Of a DNA stretch of 64,000 nt, positions 19,050 through 28,993 are shown piece after piece. The stretch's first letter is position 1, and each line of letters begins with the position of its first letter. Origin of the DNA: Lysobacterales bacterium (GTDB lineage Bacteria > Pseudomonadota > Gammaproteobacteria > Xanthomonadales > SZUA-5); assembly GCA_022844165.1 (NCBI GenBank), contig JALHMH010000004.1:32001-96000 (forward strand). The letters are read 5' to 3'. The notes below the pieces were generated by a model that was given only the letters and a program-made list of their open reading frames with translations, searched no databases and was not told where the DNA came from. Both the position numbers and the translations under genes were made by a program.

Positions 19050-19416
19050 AATGGAGATCAATCGAGAGGTTGGGGCTTTGTGGACCAATGTTCCAACGTT
19101 CCTGACCGAGTTCGGCATCATTCAAAAGCGCTTCGAAAACGGCTGGTTTCGGGTTGGGTTCCACGATCCGGATGCGACGTCGATCAACGGCTTCCCCACG
19201 CCCGTGAACCGGCCGCCGCTGGTGGAAACCGGCGTCGTTGCGCCACTCGTGCCGGACCGCTACTTCGGACTGCCAGCAACAGGCTTCTGGGCTCTGCGCG
19301 TCGAGAACCAGAATGCCCGGCCGGGTGTGATCGGGTTCTACAGCGGCGCTTACTCGCATCGCGCCACGCGCGCTTGCTACAAGGGTCAGTTCGGCGCTTC
19401 TCAGCTGTGCGACTGA
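19050..19416 (+). pseudogene. Probable C-terminal fragment of a large secreted protein
   Basis: Good coding bias; GLPATGFW..NQNARPG..YSGAYSHR tail; no convincing own start. Confidence 0.4.
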
Positions 19417-19498
19417 CGCCGGAACAGGTTCTTGGTATGGATTGTGGCGCCTCGCGCGGCGGGAGCTAAAGCCGCGTTGGGCGACAGAGGAGGTGAGC

Positions 19499-19930
19499 GT
19501 GAATAACCTTTCCAATGTCTTCATATTCAAGATCGCCGCGACCGTGATCTTCTGGTGTATTCCGCTGATCATGCTTCCGGCCGAACTGCTCGCTGCCCTG
19601 GGTCTCCCTGACCAGCCGAGCTATCTGTTCGTCCGTCTGCTGGGCTGGGCGTATCTGGCGCTTTGTGTCGGCTACGCATTTGGTTTGTCCATGTCTCTAC
19701 AAGGGCAAAGAGCTCTCGGCCCCATCTGGGTTGGAATGGTGAGCAATGGGGGCGCTTGCGCTTATCTGATGTAGTACGGCCTTTCAGGGGAGTGGGCCCG
19801 ATGGGGCGGCTTCGTACAGTTCGTGCTTTGGTCGTCTATCGTCGCTACGGCTGCGATTACAACCGGGCTCTACGTCTTCGGCGTCAAAGGTGGTCTGCCG
19901 CCCACCAATTCGCTGCAGGCTGCGGCCTGA
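19499..19930 (+). pseudogene. Small 4-TM membrane protein interrupted by an in-frame TAG at 19772
   Basis: GGAGG RBS and GTG start; the hydrophobic frame continues past the TAG (YGLSGEWARWGGFVQFVLW..) to TGA at 19930. Confidence 0.7.
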
Positions 19931-20284
19931 GCTGCATCGGAATGAATGTCCTCGCCTTTGTGTTTGCGTCCTTGGGATGTGCAACGAGTAGTGGATGAAC
20001 CGAATTAGCGTGCTCAAAAATTAGGTCCTTAGTTGCTTTTTGGTTTATGAAGCGAAGGTCCAAAAATGTTCGAGCCGACCGCCGTCCCTTAGCTTGCATT
20101 TACCAACGCTGTCGCAGGGAACCGCACGTTATCTGGAGATTAAGGGCGCCGACCATGATCTCGTCTTGCACCGCACAGCTGAAGAGGCGTGCGCGGATGC
20201 GGAGAGCACGCAGCGGCGAGACAAAGAGTTTTTCGACGCGCTCGCCCAGATGATGCGACAGGCGATGCGTTAGGACGCCTTCAT

Positions 20285-20601
20285 TACAACGGGGCAGCCC
20301 GACACAGGAGTAGCATCCTGCAATCGTTCTCGATCACGAGACCCTGGGGCGCATTACCGATCGCTGAGCCAATGACCAAAGAACTCAACACCTTTGTTGC
20401 CGCCTGGCGCGAGGCCTCGCCGATCCTGGAAGCGATGCGCGATGAGGAACTGCGCTCTACGCCGCTGCCGGTGGCGATGGCGCAGCTGTCCAGCATGATC
20501 GACTCTGCCGTGTTCTTAAAGCCGCTATCGGACAGCTCGGGCCTGGTTGAAATGCAGCGCATTTTCGCCAAGCTGCGATGAACGTCCTGATCGATGCGGC
20601 G
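20285..20601 (+). repeat. Direct repeat C, copy 2
   Basis: Matches 6585-6901 at a constant offset of 13700. Confidence 0.95.
20372..20581 (+). CDS. Small protein coupled to the nucleotidyltransferase (putative TA partner)
   Basis: MTKELNTF..QRIFAKLR; ATGA overlap with the next gene. Confidence 0.7.
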   Translation: MTKELNTFVAAWREASPILEAMRDEELRSTPLPVAMAQLSSMIDSAVFLKPLSDSSGLVEMQRIFAKLR

Positions 20602-20988
20602 ATAGCGGTGCAACGAGTGTTGGAAGAAGCCGGCATCGGTTTTTGCTTCATCGGTGGCTTTGCTGCACAACGCCACGCCGAACCTCGCGTCACGCGCGAT
20701 GTCGATGTCGCCGTGCTCACCGGCTTGGGCAACGAAGCGCATGTCATCGACGTCTTGCTCGCCGCGTTCCCGGCGCGGCGCAGCGACGCGCGAGCATTCG
20801 CCGAGCGCTATCGCGTTCTGCTGCTCAGCACGGCAGCCGGCGTCGGCATCGACGCCACGCTCACCGCGTTGCCATTCGAATCCGACATGATCGCCCGCTC
20901 CTCAAAGTTCGAATTCGCGCCAGGCGTTTTGTTGCAGATTTTCGACTTCTTCACGGCGCATCATCGCCACAGGCGGACTGTCCAGTAG
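20578..20988 (+). CDS. Nucleotidyltransferase (AbiEii/DUF6036-like), probably C-terminally truncated
   Basis: FCFIGGFA..EPRVTRDVDV motif; the tail after FAPGVLL looks foreign. Confidence 0.7.
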   Translation: MNVLIDAAIAVQRVLEEAGIGFCFIGGFAAQRHAEPRVTRDVDVAVLTGLGNEAHVIDVLLAAFPARRSDARAFAERYRVLLLSTAAGVGIDATLTALPFESDMIARSSKFEFAPGVLLQIFDFFTAHHRHRRTVQ

Positions 20989-20997
20989 CACCGACAT

Positions 20998-21582
20998 ATG
21001 GGCGAATTCGAGAAGCTGTTGACAGAAGTACGGGCATGCATGTTGTGCAGCTGCCATTTGCCATTGGGCCCACGACCGGTGCTGCAGGCGCTGCCGAGCG
21101 CTCGCTTGTTGATCGTCGGCCAGGCGCCCGGACGGAAGGTCCACGAAACCGGCATTCCGTTTCGCGATGCCAGCGGCGATCGGCTACGCGACTGGACAGG
21201 GCTATCCGACGAAGCGTTCTACGACGCGCGGCGCGTTGCGATACTGCCGATGGGCTTCTGCTATCCAGGAACGGGTAAATCGGGCGATCTGCCGCCGCGT
21301 CCAGAATGCGCGGCTGCATGGCGCGAGCGCTTACTCGCGGGTCTGAAGAAGATCAAACTCACGCTGGTCATCGGCGCCTATGCACAGGCCTACCATTTGC
21401 CGGGCGCGAAGGGCACGCTCACCGAAATCGTGAGCGCCTGGCGCGATCATCTGCCCGCGCTCCTGCCGCTGCCGCATCCGAGTCCGAGGAACCAGCTGTG
21501 GCTCAGGCGCAATCCGTGGTTCGAGGAAGAGCTGCTGCCGGTGCTAAAGGATCGGGTTCGGGCGGCTTTGAGCGACTCCTAA
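20998..21582 (+). CDS. Uracil-DNA glycosylase superfamily protein
   Basis: LIVGQAPG, GFCYPG..DLPPRPEC, LPHPSPRN. Confidence 0.92.
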   Translation: MGEFEKLLTEVRACMLCSCHLPLGPRPVLQALPSARLLIVGQAPGRKVHETGIPFRDASGDRLRDWTGLSDEAFYDARRVAILPMGFCYPGTGKSGDLPPRPECAAAWRERLLAGLKKIKLTLVIGAYAQAYHLPGAKGTLTEIVSAWRDHLPALLPLPHPSPRNQLWLRRNPWFEEELLPVLKDRVRAALSDS

Positions 21583-21726
21583 AAAGCCATCCTTGGCATA
21601 TCAGTCCAAGCCAGAACCGGCGCAGGTCCGGACCTGGCTTGGACACGGGTCAGCGCGATCGATTTGCGGTCAGACCATCGATCCGGCACCAGCAACAAAA
21701 CAATTACAGCATCGCCGAGGTCGACC

Positions 21727-22293
21727 TCAAAATCCGAGTTGCGTCATGCAGGAACCGGCCACCTGCTGCAGCAGCGCTGTAAACTGGCCTTTAGTGGCAT
21801 CAAGCTGGGCCGGCGTTAGCAAGATCGAGTCGTCGAAGATGGGTGCGATCGGGTCGTAAGCAGCGCCGCCAACCGATTTGCGGGAAACGAGATCGGTCAG
21901 TTGGATTGCCAGTACCGCATGCAGCCCGGAAAACGGATCCAATCCAAAAACACTGCGCTGAAAAAGCCCAATCCCACGTTGGAGCTGATTGGTGCCGCCG
22001 ATTTGGTCCGGGAATACGCCGGGCTCGATGTGCAAAAGCACATCGACAGCCAAGGTCTGTGTTGATGCGCGTTTGGCGTCGGTGCAGCGCGGCAAGACCT
22101 TAACGTCGCTGAAAAGCGCGCTGCTCTGCAACGCAGCCAACACCGCCTGTTCGGTCGTGGCGGCAAATCGCCAGTCCGGGACCGGCTGCTCGGCAGAGTC
22201 GTTGTTGAACACCGTGGTGCCTATCCAGACGTTTTGCAGTTCGTCCCTCAAGCAGACGCTGACCCCAACGCTTCGGCCAGTCACGGCGGTACG
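21727..22293 (-). pseudogene. 5'-truncated exported/lipoprotein-like gene
   Basis: Open frame (IGTTVFNN..VPDW) whose 5' end is cut at the edge of repeat B copy 2. Confidence 0.5.
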
Positions 22294-22677
22294 CATCGGG
22301 CCGGAGGCTCTCGGACTCGACCGTGCTACGGACGTAGCATGGCTACTTCTCGTGGATCGGATGGATGTCGGCTGGCGAGTCCGTCAGGGGTGCCGCAACT
22401 GGCTTCAGGAACAAAGACTGGGTGGCGTAGTCGATCACGGCGGCATGGGCGTCAAATACGTCCGCCCCGAGAACCACCTCGACATCGGCCGACCCATTTG
22501 CTCGGAGCGGTGCATTCACGTGCTCGAAATCTAACCCGGCCGGGCCCGCCAGCCGCGGGATAAACGATCCAAGCTGCAAGACCGCGCCCTCGACCCAGTA
22601 CTGATCGAGCGCGCCGCCGGCACCGGCTGCCTCTCGGTTCAACCACGTTGTGCGAAGACCGATGTCCCGAACCACCG
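22294..22677 (+). repeat. Direct repeat B, copy 2
   Basis: Matches 4288-4672. Confidence 0.95.
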
Positions 22678-22834
22678 ACATGGCGACCACGGTGATAGCA
22701 GCCCCGGTATCCACCAATACCTCTACCGGCCTGCCGTTGAGAATGCCGTCTGTGTGGAAATGACCCACGACGCTGCGCCTGAGCGGCAAGCGAACGTATC
22801 CATCGGCGGCCAGGAAGTCGGTCAACTCGCTCAT
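22343..22834 (-). CDS. Retropepsin-like (clan AA) aspartyl protease
   Basis: GHF..LNGRPVEVLVDTGA..VLGADVF. Confidence 0.88.
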   Translation of the reverse strand: MSELTDFLAADGYVRLPLRRSVVGHFHTDGILNGRPVEVLVDTGAAITVVAMSVVRDIGLRTTWLNREAAGAGGALDQYWVEGAVLQLGSFIPRLAGPAGLDFEHVNAPLRANGSADVEVVLGADVFDAHAAVIDYATQSLFLKPVAAPLTDSPADIHPIHEK

Positions 22835-22938
22835 AACATCAGGCTCCAAAGCCGATCGATTGTCAGCAACGACCGCCAAACGGCACGTTATTGGCCGCAG
22901 CGGACCGGTTCGGTGGTCGCGGTCTCCGGGCGCAAAGC

Positions 22939-23331
22939 TTAAAGCAAGGAATAGAACTGCAGACTATTCTGGCCGGGATCGCGAACGTGGAACTCTCGGG
23001 TACCCCAGGGCGTATTCGCGGGCGCGGCCCATGGGCTGCCTTGGGACGTGCCTGCGTTGATCCTCCCGGTCTCGAGAAACTCTCCATAAAGCGCATCCAC
23101 ATCGCTGACAAGGAAACGGTAAGTCGGGCGATCTGTTGGGTAGACCCATTGCTGCGGATCAGCCCATTGAATGTGCAGTTCGACGCCATCGCGCGCAACG
23201 CCTGCGTACTTGGGGTCCGTGGGGTTGTCCTGGAACAAAATCCTGAACCCAAGATCGCGGTAGAACTGCACTGCCGCCGCCACGTCATTGGCTGCAAGTA
23301 CTGGGTGGACACGTTGAAGTTGGGCTTTCAT
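22939..23331 (-). CDS. VOC/glyoxalase/bleomycin-resistance family protein
   Basis: PVLAANDVAAAVQFYRDLGF..TPWGTREFHVRDPGQN. Confidence 0.92.
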   Translation of the reverse strand: MKAQLQRVHPVLAANDVAAAVQFYRDLGFRILFQDNPTDPKYAGVARDGVELHIQWADPQQWVYPTDRPTYRFLVSDVDALYGEFLETGRINAGTSQGSPWAAPANTPWGTREFHVRDPGQNSLQFYSLL

Positions 23332-23749
23332 CGGCGCCTCGGGCTTGGCGGTGAGAGAACAGCGATTGGCAGTTGCGAGATTCTGGCACGCGCCGGCAAC
23401 GCCCGAACGGTTGGCCGCCGCCACCGAGTCCGACGAAACAGCCGACCAGCGCGCTCAATCCCTTCCCGATGCAGGCAACGTGCACGGCTTTCTGACCATC
23501 CTGGCAAAGACCGAATTCGAACTCGGCGACGGCTCAGATGCCTCCCGCGCCGCCATCACCGCCAAGGTCTCCAGTATCCGCACCGTGGGCGAGGCCGAAG
23601 ACTACGCCGAACACGTAGCCCAACTCGTGCGCGCGGTTCGGGAGCGCGGGAGTTAGGAGGGCGGAGTACAGGGGCCATATCGAACTCGGCGCTTTGGCCG
23701 GCATGGAGCGGCCTGTTTGCCGAGCGGTTAACGGAACTATCCGCGGAAG

Positions 23750-23950
23750 GTGCCGCCTTCCGTGCATTCGAAGTACAAGCGCACGGTTTGGCCCTTGTAC
23801 GGAAGCTGGCGGAAGCTGCGTTGCACGTCGCTCGACGTTTTGGTCAAGTTCGAGTGGCTGGCCAGGGTTGTGAGAGCACAATCCCGCATTACCGTTCAGC
23901 GCATGTCGGCGCCCACGATGTCCACCACCAGCGCGCGCGCGGTCTGGTCC
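23750..23950 (+). repeat. Direct repeat A, copy 2
   Basis: Matches 3996-4196. Confidence 0.95.
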
Positions 23951-24342
23951 GTTTCGTTCCTCCACCAATGCACCACTCCCGTGGCCTCGAACGAGACCGC
24001 GCCCACGCCGCGTTTGATCGGCCCGCTGGCATCATTGCGGTATTCGGTCAACTCACCCTGCAGCACGTAGGCCATACCCGGGCGTTGCCGGTGCTCGTGC
24101 ACCGCGATCTGCGCCCGAGGCGCGAGCACAAATTCGCGCGCGCGAAGCACCTTGCCGTCTGCGCCCGGGATCTCATTGTCCAGCGGCAGCCGGCCCAGTT
24201 CCGCTGCCGATTCCACGCCACGGGTTTCCTTCGGTCCATCGGCCATCAGCCGCTGCGCGGCTTCCTTCTCGTGTTCCGGGATCACGTCGTGGGCTAGAGC
24301 AGGCAGAGCGATGAGGGCAAGCAGCAAACACGAAAAGCGCAT
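23896..24342 (-). CDS. Exported cupin-domain protein
   Basis: Signal peptide MRFSCLLLALIALPALA; HEH..YVLQGE..HWWRN. Confidence 0.88.
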   Translation of the reverse strand: MRFSCLLLALIALPALAHDVIPEHEKEAAQRLMADGPKETRGVESAAELGRLPLDNEIPGADGKVLRAREFVLAPRAQIAVHEHRQRPGMAYVLQGELTEYRNDASGPIKRGVGAVSFEATGVVHWWRNETDQTARALVVDIVGADMR

Positions 24343-24438
24343 GGCAGTGTCGACTCCGTGGCATGTTGAGGGCCACGATGTTGCCGTGCGCTGGAAGCGC
24401 TGTCCATGCCCGCCAAATTTCGCGGCGGACATCCCAGC

Positions 24439-24569
24439 GCCTGCTGCGTGCCCGGAAGGCGCCGCCACCCTGGTCGGCACGCACCTCGCCCGCAGCAAGG
24501 CCTGATCGCCCCCGGCAAGCACATCGTGCTGGTCAATTGCGCCAGCGGCTGCAGCATCCGTTGCCGGTG
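24439..24569 (+). pseudogene. thrC: Degenerate copy of the threonine synthase 3' end
   Basis: Aligns with 25969-26102 with indels. Confidence 0.8.
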
Positions 24570-24688
24570 CAGGCTTGAGGTGCAGCGCTTGCGCGAAAAC
24601 GACGATTCCGTCGCGTTTCAGTCCGAGCACGTGATCCGGCAGTCAGTTGGTCATCCACCGAGACGAGAAAACGGCTCTCGCGCTGCGC

Positions 24689-25215
24689 TTATTCGAATCC
24701 ATCGCGAAAGAGCTCCGATCGTCGTTCTTGTGCGCCTTGGTCCTGTGGGCCGAGCAGGTTGACAAAAGGTAGATCCACCGATCGCGTGCGCTGATTGAGG
24801 TCGAGTGGACGGGTGCTTGTTGGACAAGCATCCGTCGCGTTGCCTGTAGCGTTTGGCAAAAAGTCCGCATCCAAGCCCGTATTGCCGGCGACTCGGCCAA
24901 TGCTGCCGCCACCGATGCTGGTGTTCTCGTTGACCATCGGCAAGCAGGTGCCCGGGAGTGCGCTGATCGCTCCCGATCCGCCGGCGTTCACGGGCACGCT
25001 ATGGAAGATGATGCTGTGACCCAAGTTGACTCGAGATGGGTGACTTCCGGTCCGAGCGAAAGCACTGCCAGTGATCGAATTCGCAGCCAGCGTCGACGAA
25101 GTGATCAACACATCGGGGACCGTATTTGGCAATTCGAGCGTGACTAAGCGCGCACCTTGGTTGCCGGTGATCAAAGAGTTTCTGATCTCCAGGGTGCCAG
25201 TATTGCCAGAAGCAT
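24689..25215 (-). pseudogene. C-terminal fragment of a secreted beta-helix protein ending FRDGFE
   Basis: IRNSLITGN, ITSSTLAAN, DQGAQER..SELFRDGFE*; the 5' end abuts the thrC fragment. Confidence 0.7.
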
Positions 25216-25217
25216 CC

Positions 25218-26108
25218 CTCGATGTGCGCATCGAGGTCAAGGACGAGGGCCGTCTGCCCACGGGCTCATTCAAAGCGCGCGGCCTGGTGATGGCGGTGAA
25301 CATGGCCAAGGCGCTCGGCATCACGCGCATGGCAATTCCCACCAACGGCAACGCCGGTGCGGCGCTCGCCGCCTACGGCGTGCGTGCCGGTATCGAGGTA
25401 CATTGCTTCTGTCCGGCCGACACCTCCGAAGCCAATCTGCGCGAAATCGTGCTGCAGGGCGCACAGCTGACGCGCGTGGACGGCATGATCGATGACTGCG
25501 GAAAACTGGTCGCCGCCGGCGAACGCGAGGGCCGCTGGTTCTCGATCGCAACATTGCGCGAGCCGTATCGCATCGAGGGCAAGAAGACCATGGGCCTTGA
25601 ACTCGCAGAGCAACTCGGTTGGACCGTACCGGATGCGATCTTCTATCCCACCGGCGGTGGCACCGGCTTGATCGGCATGTGGAAAGCCTTCGACGAGCTG
25701 CAAGCCCTCGGTTGGATCGGCGCCAGGCGGCCGCGCATGTTCGCCGTGCAGGCCACCGGTTGTGCGCCCATCGTGCGCGCTTTCGAACGCGGCGAGGAGT
25801 TTGCCGAACGCTGGGCGAACGCGGCCACGCAGGCGCATGGCATCCGCGTGCCCGCAGCCCTCGGCGATTTTCTGATCCTGCGCGCGGTGCGCGCCTCCGG
25901 CGGCGCGGCGATCGCTGTCGACGAAGACGCCATCGCCAGCGCCTGGCGCGATGCAGGCCAACATGACGGCCTGCTGCTCTGCCCCGAAGGCGCCGCCACC
26001 CTCGCCGGCGCACGCCTCGCCCGCCAGCAAGGCTTGATCGCCCCCGGCGAGCACGTGGTGCTGTTCAACTGCGCCAGCGGCTACAAGTATCCGTTGCCGG
26101 TGTGGTGA
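25218..26108 (+). pseudogene. thrC: Threonine synthase (PLP fold II), 5'-truncated
   Basis: VKDEGRLPTGSFKARG, YPTGGGTG, CPEGAA; the N-terminal part is replaced by antisense sequence of another gene. Confidence 0.8.
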
Positions 26109-26432
26109 TGCTGGGGCGGGCGAGGGTAGCGCGGAGCCCAATCGGTCGATCGTTTGTCGCCGTTCGGTTCGCTGTGCTTATTGTCGAGCACGTGGGACCC
26201 GATTGCGGAGCGTGCAAGTATTGCTATCCGATCCGCCGAGAATTGACATGTTGATCGGCTGTGGTTCCCGCAAATGGTCAGCAGGAGGTCTCTGATGAGC
26301 GCTCTGTGCGCCTGGTGCTGACAGCTGTGAAGGGCTAAACCCAGGGTGCGCTTTCTGCGTCTTCAGCGAGCGCGACATGAGCGGCGGGGAATCCTGGCGC
26401 TGAGGCCAGGGCGATTCCTCTGGGCCGAGCAG

Positions 26433-28247
26433 TTAACAACCGCAGGGTCTGGCGTGCAAGCGTCGAAGTAGTGCAGCGCGCAGTTTAGGATTGCGAGGAT
26501 CTTGCATCAGCGGCGCATGCTCCACGCCGACACCGGCGAAATACCAGCGCTGTTGTTCAATTCGCAAACTGCTTTTAACGCTCTTGCGGATGACATACTC
26601 AAGCTGCCCCCGCTCGTCGATGATCAGAGTGCAGCCACCCAGGAACTCGCCAAATCCATGGGCAAATCGTGTCTGCACGAGTTCGACGACATAGCCAAGC
26701 GCCAGTGCACTTTGCGTTGCGCGTCTTCGTAATGCGCGCACCGATTCGATGCGGATCGGTCCAAACTCCTCCGAAGGCAGCGCGAGGCCCAATTTTTCAA
26801 GCTCCGGCTCGCCAGCGTCTCGAAGCGCCTCCAGAAACTGCGCAACGTGATCCGCTTGGGCGATCCGCCAGTCATGTGTGGGTATGGCCGTGGCGAAGTT
26901 GATCGGCGCCCAATTTGCGCCTTCGTTGAGCCAGCCGATTCGACTGAGGCGATGCAACGCAACAACGGGTAGCGAGAGCAATTCCGCGCGATCCCAGAGC
27001 AGTTCGTTTTCATCCAGCGTCAGCACATCGTCGACGGGGATACTATAGCGACGAAACGCAAGAATCAGCGCTTCCCGATAGCCCCATGGGTCGTCGCGAA
27101 CCAGATCGTGATCGGCTGTCACCATGGCCCGCAAGTACTCGCCGAAAGTGACATCGACCGGTGGCAGGTAGTCGATCGCGCGGATACAGATATCGAGAAA
27201 CTGATCGGCCAGATCTGTAGCCGCTTTGGCCAAAAGGTCGATGAGCGCTGCACCAGGTGGACCGTTGCCACGCAATGAGCGCAGGCGTTCGGTCTTGCGT
27301 CGGTAGACAATGCGGAAAGCTTCGAAGACGGCAGTTGACAAAATTGAGCCGCGAGCATGCGGCTCGGTTCCGTGATCGTAGCGAAACCTGGACTTGTTGA
27401 GCGATTCGGGGTCCTCATCGTCGATGACGGCGCGACGCAGCGCACTGGCATTGCCCTGAACGGCCTGACCAAACTCGCGTGCCAGTTCCGACAGCAATTT
27501 GTCGGCGAGGTCGGAAGGATCGTGTTCGATACAGCGTCGGACCTGATCGGGAAAAGCAAAGTGCGAGAACAGTGCCACGAGATCGGCAAAGCCCTCATGG
27601 ATGGCCAGCACATCGACATTCGTTGGCACCAGCATATGGCTGCGAATGCCATCGAGCAAAGCATGCGCCGTCTCATGGACAATCACGTCGAAGGACAACG
27701 CGGTGCTGACTTGGGTGCCGGTTTGCAGTCGGCCGACAGCGTCTGTCGGCGATGGGAAGTAGCCGAAAGCCAGCCGGCGCCCTTCCGGATCGTAGTAGGC
27801 GTTTGCTTCCGGTAAGTCCACGTTGATTTGCAGCCTGCCTTCGAAAGAGAACTCAGGCTCGCGGCCCAAGGCCTTGGCAACTCGGGCGATTGTCCAACTG
27901 GCGACGGCATAGCTCATTTGCTGTGCAAACCCAGGATCGCTCGAAGAGGGCTCCAGTCCGCCGTCAACCAACGCAGCAGGTGTGTTTAAATCGGGAAACG
28001 GCTTGTGCGGAGGACGCACGCGCTTCAGACGCGACGGCCATGCGCCTTCGTCCAGCCGCGACAGCTGCAGGCGGCGTCCAATCCCGTTCTGCAGTGTTTC
28101 GTGGGGAATGGCCAGCACGCCGATCGGCCCGTCGACCTTGGGTAGTTGCGGATCTCGGGTGAAGACGCGCAATAGACGACGTTGCTTCGCCGCTGGCGAA
28201 ACATCATCGATACGTAAGATGCGCTCGCCTGGTACGGTGAGAATCAT
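26433..28247 (-). CDS. Gluzincin (M4/M36-like) zinc metalloprotease, no signal peptide
   Basis: ANAYY, DVIVHETAHALLD, AIHEGFAD, EPHARG. Confidence 0.85.
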   Translation of the reverse strand: MILTVPGERILRIDDVSPAAKQRRLLRVFTRDPQLPKVDGPIGVLAIPHETLQNGIGRRLQLSRLDEGAWPSRLKRVRPPHKPFPDLNTPAALVDGGLEPSSSDPGFAQQMSYAVASWTIARVAKALGREPEFSFEGRLQINVDLPEANAYYDPEGRRLAFGYFPSPTDAVGRLQTGTQVSTALSFDVIVHETAHALLDGIRSHMLVPTNVDVLAIHEGFADLVALFSHFAFPDQVRRCIEHDPSDLADKLLSELAREFGQAVQGNASALRRAVIDDEDPESLNKSRFRYDHGTEPHARGSILSTAVFEAFRIVYRRKTERLRSLRGNGPPGAALIDLLAKAATDLADQFLDICIRAIDYLPPVDVTFGEYLRAMVTADHDLVRDDPWGYREALILAFRRYSIPVDDVLTLDENELLWDRAELLSLPVVALHRLSRIGWLNEGANWAPINFATAIPTHDWRIAQADHVAQFLEALRDAGEPELEKLGLALPSEEFGPIRIESVRALRRRATQSALALGYVVELVQTRFAHGFGEFLGGCTLIIDERGQLEYVIRKSVKSSLRIEQQRWYFAGVGVEHAPLMQDPRNPKLRAALLRRLHARPCGC

Positions 28248-28301
28248 GACGGCATGCTCACACCGGCCCTGCGCCAGAAGTCGCTCATCTCCTTGCTCCA
28301 G

Positions 28302-28979
28302 TCAATTGCTGCTTTGAATTTTGGCGGCCGGCGTAACTGCCGCCGCAGGGGAAACGCCCTTCAAGAGGCGCACGATCAAGCCCATGGCTTCGTAGGAACA
28401 GAGCGCGCCGCGTGCGCTGTTATTGCGGTCTTCGATGAGGCCGCTGATGTCGATGGCCGAGACGCGCGAATCGCTGCCGGGCGCCAGCCCTGCGCTGGCC
28501 ATGCACGGCCTGCCGTCGGTCCCTTCTTTGGGCCCGAGGATTCTCGATTGGGCGGTGATGTCGCCCGGGCAATAAAGTACAACGACCCGTTGCACCGCAC
28601 CGAGTGCGCGCATCGGTATCGTGGATGGGAACTGAGACGAGGCGAAGGCATCCCAGCACAAAGCTGGCGCCAGCATCACCAGGACCGAGTGCGGTGCGTC
28701 GAGCGGAGAATTGCTCCAGCGCTTTTTTGCGCGATCGAGATCGCGATCTGCCAACGCAATCAAGAGCGACCCGCAACCGTCGATGACCGACAACATGGGC
28801 GCATTGGCGTTATTTTCGCCGATAGTCGTTTGGACATCTGTGGGAAACCAAATCGCATCGAGCCGCGCGTCGCTGTTAGGACATCTGAACCCGTGTTCCA
28901 ACAGGACCTTTTGGTTGGACTCGGGATCAAAATTGACTATTCCGCTACCGCTGCTCGCGACCAGAACTTTGTTGGGCAT
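28302..28979 (-). CDS. Hypothetical protein, possibly a degenerate DUF900-like alpha/beta hydrolase
   Basis: AGGAG RBS; LVMLAPA..RVVVLYCPGD..VSAIDIS pattern; no HSMG/GxSxG motif. Confidence 0.55.
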   Translation of the reverse strand: MPNKVLVASSGSGIVNFDPESNQKVLLEHGFRCPNSDARLDAIWFPTDVQTTIGENNANAPMLSVIDGCGSLLIALADRDLDRAKKRWSNSPLDAPHSVLVMLAPALCWDAFASSQFPSTIPMRALGAVQRVVVLYCPGDITAQSRILGPKEGTDGRPCMASAGLAPGSDSRVSAIDISGLIEDRNNSARGALCSYEAMGLIVRLLKGVSPAAAVTPAAKIQSSN

Positions 28980-28993
28980 CGTTGTCTCCTCTC

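Noticed and set aside
18340-19416. 358-aa plus-strand ORF and the 400-aa extension of tetR
   Set aside because: Both arise from antisense overlap of tetR with the adjacent fragment; only 18370-19014 (-) and about 19050-19416 (+) look coding.
19772-19774. Pyrrolysine or programmed amber readthrough
   Set aside because: No pyl genes are seen; a nonsense mutation in a decaying region is simpler.
3996-23950. Diversity-generating retroelement TR/VR pairs
   Set aside because: Mismatches between repeat copies are not adenine-specific, and there is no reverse transcriptase in the window.
22891-24297. 468-aa plus-strand ORF and similar long Arg/Ala-rich ORFs
   Set aside because: Shadow frames of real opposite-strand genes, expected in high-GC DNA.
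25071-25217. N-terminus of the 345-aa thrC ORF as listed in the track
   Set aside because: It is the antisense strand of the GFE-protein fragment; thrC similarity starts only at about 25218.
300-26108. Integron cassette array
   Set aside because: The cargo looks cassette-like (TA, VOC, cupin), but genes lie on both strands and I found no intI and no recurring attC (RYYYAAC...GTTRRRY) between genes.
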